This document shows positions 26,136 to 40,214 of a stretch of 64,000 bases of DNA, piece after piece. Below the pieces are notes generated by a model. The model ran no database searches and was not told the origin of the DNA. It saw only the letters and a list, made by a program, of their open reading frames with translations. A program made the translations under genes and the position numbers. Positions within the stretch are counted from its first letter, which is position 1. Each line of letters starts with the position of its first letter. Origin of the DNA: Piromyces finnis finn (Eukaryota; Fungi; Neocallimastigomycota); NCBI GenBank assembly GCA_002104945.1, contig MCFH01000002.1, positions 1,798,001 to 1,862,000 of the forward strand. The letters are read 5' to 3'.

Positions 26136-26919
26136 AATCGGAACAATATCATCGACGAAAAGGCCACCAAAGAGTTGCACTACTATACTACATGCTTTTA
26201 TTTTAGAGCAAAACGAAGCTATATTATATTATAAAGCCCTTATGATTATTATTTACAACTAATTTACTTTTAAAACATATTTTTCAATATTTACCCAAAA
26301 ACTTACAAATTATTTATCTTTTTAAAATCCCAAACATATTTCAAATTAAAGTTCACCATTTTAACTCAATACGCTTCAAACTTAATTACATCAGTTAATT
26401 ATATATATTATTTCTTTAATATTCATTATTTATTATTACACTTACAATATTTTATTACAAAACTAATTTATTATAATTACTATTTTTAATTTCTATTTGG
26501 TCTATCTAATTTCACCATTTTTTATCTGTCTTTTCTTTCCCTCATATTTTCACATTAACACTACTTGCAATAATATATATTACACATTTCATTTCTTGAT
26601 CTAATTATCCTCTTTTTTCCAGTATATATTAATTTTAATAAAGGTTTTTAAAATAAATATTACGCAAATAACGATAAAAGTTTTCATTCAGATTTTCTCC
26701 TTATGATCGTTTTTTATATTTATTTTATTAATGCATATATTTAATTTACATTAAATATCTTATTTTCAGCAAATGTGAAGTAATTTCATAACTATATTAT
26801 ATTATAGTATAATAATTATGATATTAATAAATATTTCTTATATTATTTACTTTAATAATTTAACTATTTTAAAACACTTACAGAAATTTAAGAACAAATG
26901 CTTAAATATGTCATGCAAT

Positions 26920-27488
26920 TTACTTTTGAGTAGCCTTCTTAGTACCACGGAACTTCTTGCTTCTGTTCTTCTTTTCCTTGATTTGCTTACGTGATTGTTG
27001 AACCTTTTCAACAAGACCTTGTCTGACTAATCTGTATTTTGGTTCAAACTTCTTGGCAGCTTCAATGGTATCGTAAATTAAAGCGTAACCAGTACTTTTA
27101 CCACCACCATAGTGAGTACGGAAACCGAAAACGAAAATGTTCTAATTATTTTATTATAAATAATAATTAATGTTAAAGTCTATATTTTACTTTTTGAATT
27201 TTATTTAAATAGCTTTTATTTTATAACTTACTTCCTTATCGGCCTTGTACATCTTGGAAAGCTTATCACGGAGATCGCTCTTGGAAAGATTAGCAGAGTT
27301 TGGGTGAATGATATCAACGATCATTTGCTTACGTTGAAGGAGACGGTTAGTCATAAACTTCCTTGTGCGGATGGTACAAGTAGCGTCAGCCTATTTACCA
27401 TATTTAAAAAAAATATACAATCATTAAAATCACATTCAAAAAAAACATACATTCATCCATCAACTAATATTCATAAAATTCATACCAT
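26920..27488 (-). CDS. RPS24: 40S ribosomal protein S24 (eS24), 3 exons
   Basis: ATG-only exon 27488-27486, then [66 protein letters not shown]..; TAA at 26922-26920. Confidence 0.96.
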
Positions 27489-28266
27489 GTTTATTATATG
27501 CTATTAAAATTCAGCTGATATTGAGAGAGAGACTAAAAAAATTTTATTGCAGAATTGTAAATACTTTTTTATCGTAAGTCATACAAATTGATTTTGACCA
27601 ATCGAATCATTTTAAATTATATGTGGCTGTGTGATTCATAATATATTAACAATACATATAATATATTTGAAATTAAAATAATTTCAAATATTAAATAAAA
27701 TTATTGTTTTTTTTTTATTTTATTTTAATTTCTATTTTTTATTTTTTTTTTTTTTGTAATTATATTTGAATTATCTTTAGTTTAGTTTTTAATGGCAAAA
27801 GGCTTTGATTTTTTTTTTTTTTTTTTTTTAATAAAAAAAAAGGTTTTATTAAAAAAATGTATTAATGAGACAATGTATTGTAACGTAATAAAAAAGAATT
27901 AACACATAAATTTAATATTTGTAATTATTTTTTTATTTAAATAATAAATTAAAAATTAGAAAGGATATAAAAGAAAATTTCTCTTATAAATGAAATTATA
28001 AAAGGTTTTTTTTTTAAAGCATATATTCTACACATACATTTTAAACTTTTTTTTAAAAATATGAGTTTTATTTATATAACAATTATAAATTTATTGGTAT
28101 TTTTATATAAAATAAAAATTTTTAAGAGAAAAGGTTTCATTTTTTTATTGGAATATAATTTAATACTTATTCTTACTAAATTAGTATTATTTTATATTAC
28201 TAAACGTACTAAACGTATTTACTATTCTAATTAAACTATATATTATTGAGAATTTATTAAATGACA

Positions 28267-31200
28267 TTATTGTTGGAACAAGTCAACTAAATTAGTATTC
28301 TTTGTAGTATTGTTAAGTTTTTCATTTTTAATTGAATTAGGGTTTTCATTTTCATTTAAATTATCTTTATTGGTTTTCGACTGTGTTTTTGGAACTACAA
28401 CATTATACGACTTTGAATTTTCAATTTTTCTCGAAAATTCTAATAGAGTCATTTCTTTGTAATGAGGCAAAATTGTAAAGTATTCAAACATTTCAATTTC
28501 ATGTTTAGATGTATTATCATTATTTGATATTTCTATAATAGAAGTATCTGGTTGGAAATTATATAAATTCTTTTGAATCAAATTATAAGATTTAATTTTG
28601 GAATAAATAATTCTTAATTTTTGGAAATTTATTAATTCATTTTTTAATATTTTTTGATTTCCATCGTTCTTTTAAATATTTCATTTATTATTTATTGTTA
28701 GTATAAATAATATAATTCTAAATAATATTTTGATATATATTATATTACCATAAATGTTAAATCCTTTAATAATAATCCTAATATATTTATATTTATATAT
28801 ATTTATATTAGTATATTTTAATAAATTGAAAAATTAAATTGAAATTTTAAAATTACCAAAGAATGGAATGAATGGTGGTTTTGCATTGTATTCCAACTAA
28901 AAAAAAAAAAGAAGAAAAGAAGTAAATATTAAAATAAATTAAATATTAATATGACAGTGAATAAATATTAAATGTTTGATTACCTCTCTATAATTCTTAA
29001 AATTGCATTTATAACTCATTATTTCTTCTATTTCAGTATATGTATTCATTGTTTTTGTAGATAAATTCTATATAATGATATATAACATTTATATTTATGT
29101 TTGTGTGTCTATATTATTAATTTTGAAAATATAATATATGTTATACCATCCATGTTCCTTTCAATCTTGAAACAGCAGCCATATTTAGTCCAGACAATAT
29201 AGCCATTGTTGCATTAAAATTTTGAATTTCTAAACAATACTTTTTTTTTTTTTAAATATTTTATTATTAAGAAATATTTAAAAGCGATTAATATAATGTT
29301 TGTAGTAAATTTTATATTTTACCTTTGCTATTTTTATCATTTTTTCCAATACATTTGATCTGGTTTTTAATGCTTCAGTCGTACATATCATTGTAGATAC
29401 CCAAAATGAAATCTTTTTTAAAAAAAAAATTGTTAATTTCTATTTTTTAATTTATATTTATATTTACGATTATACCTGATTAAATCTTTCAATAAATTTT
29501 TGTATATTTTTTGTATTTTTCTCTTTTACATCTTTACCATCCCATAAAAAGTGTGCATATTCTGGAGATTCAATAGATCTCCATATTTTTGAATCAGCTT
29601 TAATATTATTTATTTTAAATTTTTGTTGTAGAAATCAATTAGTATGGTTATTTTTTAAAAATAAATAAATATATTATATTTTACCTAATGTAATTTGCTG
29701 AGCTACTTTTTTTGATGAAATATTTAATATATCTATTAAATCAATTTCGCTTGATATATTATCATTATTTAATTTATTAGCTTTAGCTTCATCATCACTT
29801 TCTTCCTCCGATTGCTTTAACCCATATTTAATCAAAGAATTTATTTGATCAATATATGATTGACATTGTGCTTTATCAGAATTTTTCATTGAATCAATTA
29901 ATAAATTTAAATTTTTTAATGCTTCACTTGACATCAAAAAATCATTAAAATATTCAGCAACCCATTTCTTAATAACACTTGCGATTCTATTATTATATTA
30001 ATATTTTAGAAATGGTTAATATATTATATTTATTATTATATTAATAATATATTAGCATTTATTATATCTATTATTTAAAAAATAATTTACTTCTGTATTT
30101 GAAGACTACTGTTGTTATCAATATCATTTGCTTTTTCGACTAATTTATTAAATGTATATATATAAATATAAATAAAAAAATAAAATTCATTAAAGATAAT
30201 TATTAAATCTATATTTTTATTAATAATTAAGTAATATGTATACGTATATATATATATAAAAAGGATATTCATCAGTCAAAAGCATTACAAAATCATTTGA
30301 TTTAAGAAAATGTCTATATGTTAACAGAAAAATATCAATAAACATTATATCAGTAGTATTATTTAATATCATCTCATCTATTAATGCATGAACAGTTCCA
30401 GCAGTAACTTCATAATGATTATCCTTCAATGTTCTTATTAAATACTCTTTTCCATTTTCATATTCCTTTTCTATTTGTGGCAATTCTTAAATTTTAAATA
30501 TATATTTTTATTAATTAACCATCAATATCAAATATCAAATGTTCAATATATATATATATTGTCATAACATTATAATTACTATTTTCATTATTGTCTGGAG
30601 AAGAATCAAATATATCACTAATTGATGCTTTTGGCTTCTGATTTTTACCTACAAATTTTCTATTTATATAAATATACATTAATCAATAAAAATATATATT
30701 AAGACAATTAATGTTATATTTTTACATTAAATTATATACCTAAATGTTGAATATATATCACCATGGGATGATTTTACTTTATTGCTATTTTTATCTGAAG
30801 AAGGTGATGTAGACGATAATGCATTTGAACTTGATTGAGAAACAAATGGAGATACACCATGTATAGTTCGATAATTCATAATCTGTTTACTTTTATATTT
30901 ATGCAGTTGTTGATGCTGGTTATTTATTAATATAACCTGTTGACCATTATTTTGAGAAATAATTTTTTCATTTCTATCATTAAGACAATCAGACGATTTT
31001 GATACTGTATCTTTATATTGCTCTTTAATTATATTTAAATCTAAATTAATTACATCTTCACTTTTATATATATTATTCAATGTTCTAAGGTTTGAATTAT
31101 TTTTATCGAGTATTGGTGACTCAACAAATGCTGATTTTGATTTTTTCTTATTGGAATGCAGATCATTTTTACTATTATTCCAATCTGTTTCATTCATAAA

Positions 31201-33863
31201 GTATTCATAATTGCTTTCATTAGTTACAGGAGATAACATGCTATCATTGATTGAATTAATAAATTCTTTTGGATATGTTGAAGATAATCGAAAATCATTT
31301 TGTGATTTAATAGTAGAAACCGCTGTAGAATATACTTTTGATCCAGGTGATGAAGAATATGCTTCTAAATAGGCTGATAATAAATCAGATTCATTTTTAT
31401 TTTGGTCCTGAATATCTGACGATTCAGATGAACATTTAGGAATATTAAACATTGATGTTCTTATATTCTCATTAATTGGCTTTTCTTCAATTTCATCTGT
31501 AATTGGATTATAATATTGAATGTTATTTGGTTTAATATTTTTATTGTTGTTGCTGTTGTTGTTATCATCTGATATTACACCAATTAACTCGTTTTCATTT
31601 TTTGTATATTCATCGTTTTCAAAATTTTCAATTTTTTCTTCCTTTTTTGATGGTACTAATTTTGACTTTCTTATATTTGACTTTCTCTTTTGCGATTTGG
31701 ATTTTTCATTATCACAACTGAAATCATTATCAATTGGAGAAGGAGTATATATATCATTAAGATCGTTTGCATTTTTAATTGATATTCTTTTTTTCGAAGA
31801 ATCTTTATATGTCAAAAAATTTAATTGTAGTGATTTAGGTCTTGTAAAACTATATTTCATCTTTGACATTTTACTTGATTTTTTTGTTGGTGATTCACTT
31901 TCATCTAATAACTCTATAGATGGTGATACTTCTTCACATGCCTTATTAATATTTGTTTTTGAAATATGTAATTTATATTTATTTTTTTTCTTTTCTTTTT
32001 CTTCATCTCTGGTTGTTTCGATTGTATCTTTTGAACTTTCAATATTAACACTTAATTCATCATCACTATCCTCTTTCTTTTTATTTTGTTGTTTATCATC
32101 ATTCTCATTATTATTGCCATTATCATCTATTAATGTACATATAGAATATGCCTTTTTTTTATCAATATTATATCTATTTTCTACGAAATATTTCATTAAA
32201 TTTACTTTGGCTTGAGTATGATTAGATATTTCTTGATGATTCTTATCTTCATGCCCATCAATTGAATTAAGAACAAAGTCACTTGTATATATGTCTTCAA
32301 AGTCACGTGATTTTCTATAATGAATAGTTCCATATTTTTTTCCATAAGCCGGTATTTCACTAGCATCAAATTTTCCACTACTCATATGATGACGGATAGT
32401 CCTATATTGAGTTGAGCTTCTTTTATCAAGATGATCAAATGATTCAATATAATCAGATTTTCTATATAAATTTTTATTTGAATTATTTTCTTTATTGGTT
32501 TTATCTAGTGGAAACATTTCAAGTGCACTTTTTGGACATGACATTAAAGAACTTCTATTATTATCATCAATTGAATTTGTACTAACAAATAAATTTGGTG
32601 TTGAAGTTGAAATATCCGAATTTAGATTGTCAACATTTGTTGTTTCTTTAACATTATAATTTGTTTTATCTTTTAAACCTGTATTGTTAATATTTGAATC
32701 GTCAGAATCTTTATCATCTTTTTCATTATTTAATGTCATACGATCTTGGTTAACAACCTTTTCATCACTTTCAGGTGAGAATGTTGATGAATTATATTCA
32801 TTTTGATCATCATTTAAATAATTATTTAAATTTTGATTACTTTCGGGCATAAAATTATTTAATATAAATGTTGGTGAAAAAATATTTGTAGAGTCTGATG
32901 ATTTATACATAGTAGAAATTCTTGGTAATTGAAAACTAGAATCATCATTATTTTCTTCTTCAGCTTCATATTTTTGATTATTCATTTTAATAACCATGGC
33001 AATAACATGACCAATAAAATCAAAAATTTCAAAATACTATATATATAAAAAATATTAGTTTTAATTATATTAACAACAAAAAAATAAATTATATTAATAT
33101 TTAAATTTGAGATAACACTATTAATTTATTTTTACATCAGGTGTAATAAAATCATAAGATTCTACTGAAAATTCTGAATTCATATATGAAAGAGTTAAAT
33201 ATTGTTTATCTCGCTCATACGAATACTGTATAATTTGTTCAACTTCAAATTCTTTTATTAATTGTTTCTTATATATATATTATAATATATTATAATAAAT
33301 AATACAGTTAATATTAAATAATAACTTAATTTAGTGATTTATTTTTTTCCATTATTAATTACAGGATTTTCTTTATCGTAAACGTGAACACCAAGTAAAT
33401 CAACCTTCATAATTACATCTTTTGGCTTTTCGTTTATTAAAAACTTATATAATATATATAATTTATTATATAAACATTTAACCTTTAAATCAATTATTAT
33501 TAAATTATGATATATATAATTATTCTATTTACAGCAACTTCATTAACAATTCCATTTTGTAACTCTACAAATTCCTGTAAAACAAGTCTATTTTGTATAA
33601 GAGACGATGATAAATCATCATCTTTTGGAATATCTTTTTCATTTGAAACTACAGATTTTTTATTTTTTGAATCATGCCGTTTCAATTCTGTTGAGCCTGA
33701 ACGATCATTATTTTTTGATGAGGACTTTAATTTCTGTTGAGTCATAATGTTTAATAATATGATATATTAGATATACAACAATACATAATATATTATTATT
33801 TTCAAACTTATGATTCAAAATAATAAAGTAATCATATTCCTATACCTTCCATAGCTTTGGCAT
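28267..33863 (-). CDS. Ras guanine-nucleotide exchange factor (REM + CDC25 domains) with N-terminal PH/PTB-like segment and long disordered middle
   Basis: REM: AGTVHALIDEM..FIDIFLLTYRHF..IKKWVAEYFNDF. CDC25: SSKKVAQQITL..FIERFNQISFWVSTMIC..NFNATMAILSGLNMAAVSRLKGTW..PFIPFFGLLLKDLTFMNDGN..INFQKLR. Start is either MPKLWK at 33863 (spliced) or MTQQKL at 33745. Confidence 0.85.
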
Positions 33864-35126
33864 TGCTTTTTATATATATTTATATTATATTTGAATAAAT
33901 AATATTAACTGAATATATATTAAAATCAATTATTATGTGTTACTCGAATAATGTTTGTATTGAGATATTTTATTTTTTTATTGGCATAGTTAATACTTTT
34001 AATTTGTATTTTGTTTTATTTTATGTAATATTCGATCTTTCCACTTTAAAATTACTTTTTTTGCTGTAATCAATTATTTAATACATATTATTAAGAATAT
34101 TACAAATATTATTGTTCGACTATAATAAATTATTTTAATAAAATAATAAGTCAATAATTTATCCTTTTCAAAGCCTAAATTCAATAATATTCTTTTATTT
34201 TTTCAATAGTAAAATATTATACAATATAAAAAAAATATTAATAATGAAAAATGAAAAATGAAAAAAAAAACTAAATATTACTTAGAAAATGTTTAAGATT
34301 TTGATTTAATATTTATCTTCAAAAATCAAATATTCTTAAAATAAGTATCATTAAAATAATTATAATTATTTAATTATATACATTATAAAATAAGATTTTT
34401 ATTTTAATATTATTGTAATTGCATATATAATATAATTAAATATAAAAAATAAAAAAGAATTATAAAAAAAGATATTTACTATACAAATAATTAAAGAATA
34501 TTAATTTTTCTAATTTTCTTCTAAATTATTATTAAAGTTTTAATTTCATTAATAAGTACTAAATTAACAAATTAAAAAAAAATTCATGTATCTTTATTAT
34601 CACTTATACTTTTAATAATAAAACAAGTATCCAATAGATAACTTTCAAAATAGTATGATACAAAAAATAATAATTAATAATAAAAAGATTATTAATACGA
34701 ACTTTTAATTATAATTTTTTCTTTAGTTTTTATATTATATAGTTTACAAAATAAAATTTCAAAAAACTTTAATTTTATTTAAAAATAATGCAAAGGTTAT
34801 TTTTAGGTGAATAAATACTAAAGAATATTATAATTTAAAATTTTAATAAGTAATTGCATAGATTCATTTTATGTATTTTGATCATGTGTATTTATGGTTA
34901 GATCATATGTTTTATGTAAACTTTTTTTAATTAAATTTAATAATCAAAATTTATCCATAACACATAATAAAATGAATTTTTAAAAAATTGCTACACTATC
35001 AAAATTATCAAAATTACTCAATTAGTCTAAAATTTTTAATTTTTAATTGATTTAATCATTATATACATATAAGTAATTATACAATCTGCATATTGTTTAA
35101 TTTTATTTAAATTCGTATTAATAAAA

Positions 35127-36659
35127 ATGAAAGAAGGGAAAGAAGAAATGGATATTGATGATATAAATGAATTAAATTTATATTCACAAAATGACGAGAG
35201 TAATAGAAAAATTAGAATACAATATAGAGGGTTATTAGAAGATTTAAAAGGTACAAATATTATAATTAAAAGTATATTTTATATTTACTAATATTTAATA
35301 ATAATTTAAAAAAAAATAAAAATAAGATGTGAAAACAACGGATATGTTAATTGAAAAGATTGCAACAGGAGATAAATTATATAAAAGAGGTAATTTTTTT
35401 TTTTTTTTTTTTTTTAATTATAACAATTATTTATTATTATTTATTTTTTTTATTTTTTATTATTATATTTCTATTAATAATAATATATTAACATATATAT
35501 TTTTTATTAATGTTATTGTTGTTATTATAAAAAATAAAAATTGTAATAGTTAATAGAACTCAAGAAGCAACATTAGATTCACAATTCCTTTTAGCTTCAG
35601 CTGAAATAGGTGCAAGACAAGTAGAATCCATAAAACTTGCAGGAGAAAATTTTGATACAGAAGAATGGATAAATAAACTTTTAACTGTTATGGGTGGTAG
35701 ACAAGATATAAATATTAAACAAGAAAATAATGAAACTGTAAATTTAGATTTATTGAATTGGGAAATTATTGGTAAAAGAGCCGAGCCTTATTTTGATAAA
35801 GTTCCAAAAATTGATAATATGTAAAAATATAATAAATTTTTATTATACTATTAAAAAAATTATATGCATAAAAGAAAGAAAGAAAAAAGTAATGAAATCT
35901 AACAAATTTCAATTGTATAAATTATAAATTTATAATAAAATTAAGGATCGGACCGCTATCAACAGAACAAAAGGAGAAAAAAACAGTTGTAAGACATGCA
36001 AGAGAAAATAAAAATTCTGTAAATTTAAAAAAACCACAAGAGGTAAATATATAGATAGTTAGTTAAATAGATAGACAGACAAAGTATATATATATAAATT
36101 AAATTAAATAATAGCTGCTTTAAAAGTTAACATCAAATCTTAATCCTATTTATTTTAATTATTATTAGTTAAGAAAAGAAGATATCCAACAACAAGAAAA
36201 TGAGACAACAAAAAATGTCGTGCAAATATCCAGAATATTAGAAAAAGCGGGAAGAGTGAATTTATTTGAATTTATTATAAATCCGAAATCATTTAGTCAA
36301 ACTGTTGAAAATATATTTTATTTATCTTTTTTAATTCGCGATGGTAAAGCATTTCTTGATGAAGATAATGACGAATTAATTATTGGTATGTTAAAAATGT
36401 TAATATAAATCATTATATATTACCTCTTTCAAGCTAAAAAAAAAAAAAAAATTATAATTTATAATTTTTATTAATATCATTAGAAAGAAGTGATCCACCC
36501 GATGAAGAAGACTATATGCATGGAATTAAGAAAAAGCAATTTGTTTTAGAAATTGATTATCAAACTTGGAAAGATATTATAGAAACTTATGATATAAAAG
36601 AATCAATGATACCAACTCGACCAAAAGTCGTAACTAATGATTCAAAATGGCATGGTTAG
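35127..36659 (+). CDS. NSE4: NSE4 kleisin subunit of the SMC5/6 complex
   Basis: RKIRIQYRGL; RTQEATLDSQFL; GPL; NLFEFIINPKSFSQTVENIFYLSFLIRDG; QFVLEIDYQTWKDIIETYDIKESMIPTR; TAG at 36657-36659. Confidence 0.9.
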
Positions 36660-36815
36660 AAAATATAAAATTAATATGCAAGCACTCATTCATTACTGAA
36701 ATTGATATGTTCAATTTAATTTACTCAATCATTAAATTATACAAAATACATTGTAAATAAATTGCAATTTAAATAATTATCATTATTAACAAAAAATAAA
36801 AGAATTAAATATTTA

Positions 36816-36865
36816 TTTATTTATTTATTTATTATTTATTTATTTATTTATTCATTTATTTATTC

Positions 36866-36902
<37 letters not shown>

Positions 36903-36936
36903 TTATTTATTTATTTATTTATTCATTTATTTATTC

Positions 36937-36973
<37 letters not shown>

Positions 36974-36999
36974 TTATTTATTTATTTATTTATTTATTT
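36816..36999 (+). repeat. (TTTA)n microsatellite with an internal higher-order duplication
   Basis: The variant block attcatttatttattcaatta occurs twice, about 70 bp apart, within the tract. Confidence 0.9.
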
Positions 37000-37178
37000 T
37001 GGAGACTGATTCTATTTACAAATTAATAAATAGCAATTATATAATTATAAAATATAAATATGATTTTCTTTTTCTCTCTGTATTATTAATAATAACTCAT
37101 TATATATTGATAAATATCATTTATTATTATGATGTTATTGACATTATATCAATATTTTAAAATAATTATTTAAAATAA

Positions 37179-38533
37179 TTATTTAAGATTCAGATATGAA
37201 TTTGATAAATGTGAAGGTATTCTATTTTTAATTTTCAATCTATCAACAGCAGTAGTCACTTCTGAAATTTGATTTTTTTCGTCAGTTTGGGTTTTAATAT
37301 CATGATTTAATGAATCATTACTTGCACTTTTTTCTTTAACAATGTTCCATTCTTCCAAAAATGTATGTAAATATTTAACGATTGTTGGAACTTCAGCTAA
37401 AGCACCCATTCCTAATATAATATAAAATAATGAAAACAAAATAAATCATTTCAATACATATTATCTAATAAATTATAAATTAATGATAGCTATATACCTA
37501 TATCACCACATGCAAGTTTTTTTGCAATTGGGTTTACAATAAAAAATTTTAATTCCTCTTTTAAAATTGTAAGTTGCTTATTAGTAAATGGATGTAACCA
37601 CATTTGAGTATTCATTGCAGGACAGGCAATTAAAGGTTTTTGATTCTTTTCTGAAAAGTTCCATGCTCTTACAATACATGTCTTTTAATATATATTTGAA
37701 ATAAAATATTTTTATAAGATTTTTAAATATAATTTAAATATATATATGTATGTATGAAAAAAAAATTAATATTTATATAATTCTTACTAATAAATTATCA
37801 CAAATGCCATTTGATATTTTAGCTAAAGTATTAGCATCAAGAGGAACAATTAACATTATATCTGTCCAATTTCTTAACTAATTTAATAAATAATTCGTAT
37901 TATTAATAAGCAATAAGTTATTTTTTGCTTTTTGTTTTTATTTTTGTTATTGCTCTTTCAAAATTACAAATTTAAATATATACTTCAATATGTAATACTG
38001 GGTCTGTAATTTTTTGCCACTACAAATGAATAACATAATTTTATATATTGATAATAAAATTCAATACCAATCATAATGATTTGTTATTACTTCAAAATTA
38101 AAAATAAATTAAATATAACAATATTCATACAGTCCATTCATCTTCATCTACATAAAGCTCCACTCTTGGGTCAATTTTTGTTTCATCAATAAAATATAAT
38201 GATGATTTCGTTGCAACAAGCTTTATTTCAACACAATTCTTTTTCCAAATATTTAAATTATTATAAAATATTATATTAATATTGAATAAACATTCGACAA
38301 AGATTAATTATTCCTTCTATTTTATTTAGATAGATATAGAAATATTATGTAAAATTTAATAATACATTTTCGTATTCAAAAATACTTTTTATCAATTGAG
38401 GAATCTTGACACAAGCAACGCTTCCTGTTGCAGCAATTAAAACATGAGGAAGACGGCCGAGATCCTCGAAATTACTTCTTGAAAATGTTCTTGCTAATTG
38501 TTGAAGACGAGCAAAAGAATCAACTCTTTGCAT
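37179..38533 (-). CDS. PPCDC: Phosphopantothenoylcysteine decarboxylase (HAL3/SIS2/CAB3 flavoprotein family)
   Basis: HVLIAATGSVACVKIP; IKLVATKSSLYF; LRNWTDIMLIVPLDANTLAKISNGICDNLL; ACPAMNTQMWLHP; PIAKKLACGDIGMGALAE. Confidence 0.92.
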
Positions 38534-38933
38534 TTTTCAATATTAATATTATAATGAATGTATTTTATATTATGTATGATAGTATGTATGATATACGACG
38601 AATGTATAATTTAAGTTGTTTATATATGTTTTTTGTAATAATAATTATTTTATACAATTCGATTTATTATAAATTGATTCTCAAATAAAACAAAAATAAG
38701 CAAGATATTCAAAATAAATTTTGCATATCAATAAAAAATGAAATTAGTAAATAAAATTATATATGAATATATGAATATGATATGAATATATAATTAAATC
38801 AAAAAAATAATTTTATTTATTAAATAACCATAAAAATTAATAAAATTTTATTAATAAAATATAATATATTATTAATTACTATTAAATTTATTAATAATTT
38901 ATTAAACTTTTCATTTTATTTTTAAAAGTTAAA

Positions 38934-39244
38934 ATGGAATCAGTAACAAATTACAATGAAATCAACATTAATAATCCTTCAGAAAACAATGAGCTCAAAT
39001 TAAACTTCGTCAAACCAAAAATAAATATATATAATCATACTGAAATATTCAATGATACAGATATAATATATTATAAAATTATGATTCTAACAGATTCTGT
39101 ATTTGTTTGGATTGGTAGTGAATTAGTAAATGAAAGAAACAATATCACACATTTAAATAATTTAGCAATGTCTATGAAAACAAAATTTGTAATTTCATTT
39201 TATATATATATATAATATATTTATTAAAACATTTATATATTAAT

Positions 39245-39299
<55 letters not shown>

Positions 39300-39635
39300 T
39301 CTATAAATTTATAAATGTTTAATAAAAAAAAAACTAAAGTCACCAATACCAATTGTTACTACACTTCTTGGTAATACTTTAGAGGAAATAAGTGAACATA
39401 TGTCAAGTAGATTATGTAAATATTAAAAATAATATTAAATGCAATTAAAATATACATTTAAATATATAATCAATTTATTTAATAATTAATAATTATAAAT
39501 TTTATAATTAACTTTCAATAAGCTACAAAATACTTTAAACAAGTTTATGTTAGTTACAATATCAATTCAAATAACCCTGATATTAGTGTTTTTGCTGAAA
39601 GATCCCTCGTAAAATTCTTGAAAACTATATTATAA
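38934..39635 (+). CDS. PSMG4: Proteasome assembly chaperone 4 (PAC4/PSMG4-like), 3 exons
   Basis: IMILTDSVFVWIG..LNNLAMSM; TTLLG..SEHMSSRL; KQVYVSYNI..VFAERSLVKFLK. Confidence 0.78.
39244..39300 (+). repeat. (TTTA)n tract in PAC4 intron
   Basis: Directly visible. Confidence 0.9.
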
Positions 39636-40214
39636 TTATTTTTTTTTCTTTTTTTTTATTATATTAATGCTGTGAAAGAATCATTTAAACTTAAACAATG
39701 AAACAATGAACCTTTTAACTTATTTTTTTAATAATAATGATTATGATAATTTAATATTGATAGTTAAAGCAATTTTGTTTTTTAATTCACTCTAAAAAAA
39801 TAATAAATTATAAATTATAAATTTAAAAAATGCAAATAAAAGTAAAAATATTATTCAAATAATCAAATCTTATTGTATATCACTATTACTGCTATTACTG
39901 TTATTTAGTATCGAGTGTCGGTGTTACTCTTTTTTTTTTAGTTAATATTACTTTCCATTATGCAAAAGAATTATATTTTATTCTTATATTATAAATAACA
40001 ATAAACAAAAAACAGTAATTTAAAAGAATAATAATATTGATAATAAAAGTTTAATAACAAAAAATATATATTTAATATAAAATATATATTACTAAATAAA
40101 ATTTTTTGATACATTTTAAAATTAAAATATTTAATGTAATAAAACTGCTATTAAGGCTACACAAAATTTTTTCAAAAAAAAATTTTCCATTAAATAATAT
40201 CAATTAAATAAAAA

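Larger units (their letters stand above)
23506..26180 (-). mobile_element. Element A: 5'-truncated, inactivated non-LTR retrotransposon (LINE) with (TAAA)n tail, interrupted by nested insertions
   Basis: RT motif GGLFVDD|IVPI (26170-26136) continues at 25281 as IVPIFPNKKNLQKML..SFGINKCAT..YTYLGIPF. C-terminal zinc knuckle CPCC..FYHWILEC and FLLGG. In-frame stops at 24684-24682 and 24618-24616. Tail is (TTTA)n at 23506-23565 on +. Confidence 0.9.

Noticed and set aside
25533-26170. ORFs 25533..25724 and 25952..26170 as genes
   Set aside because: They run across poly(A) tails and junctions of the nested retroelements.
31520-32215. 231-aa + strand ORF and similar antisense ORFs (4652, 6793, 20471, 23795, 33507, 42675, 62885)
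   Set aside because: Shadow frames antisense to real genes or to the LINE ORF, with hydrophobic composition typical of reverse-complemented AT-rich CDS.
39909-39940. Weak hairpin GAGTG..TACTC followed by a T-run (terminator or small-RNA-like)
   Set aside because: Stem is too weak, and no Pol III box A/B or snoRNA boxes were recognised.
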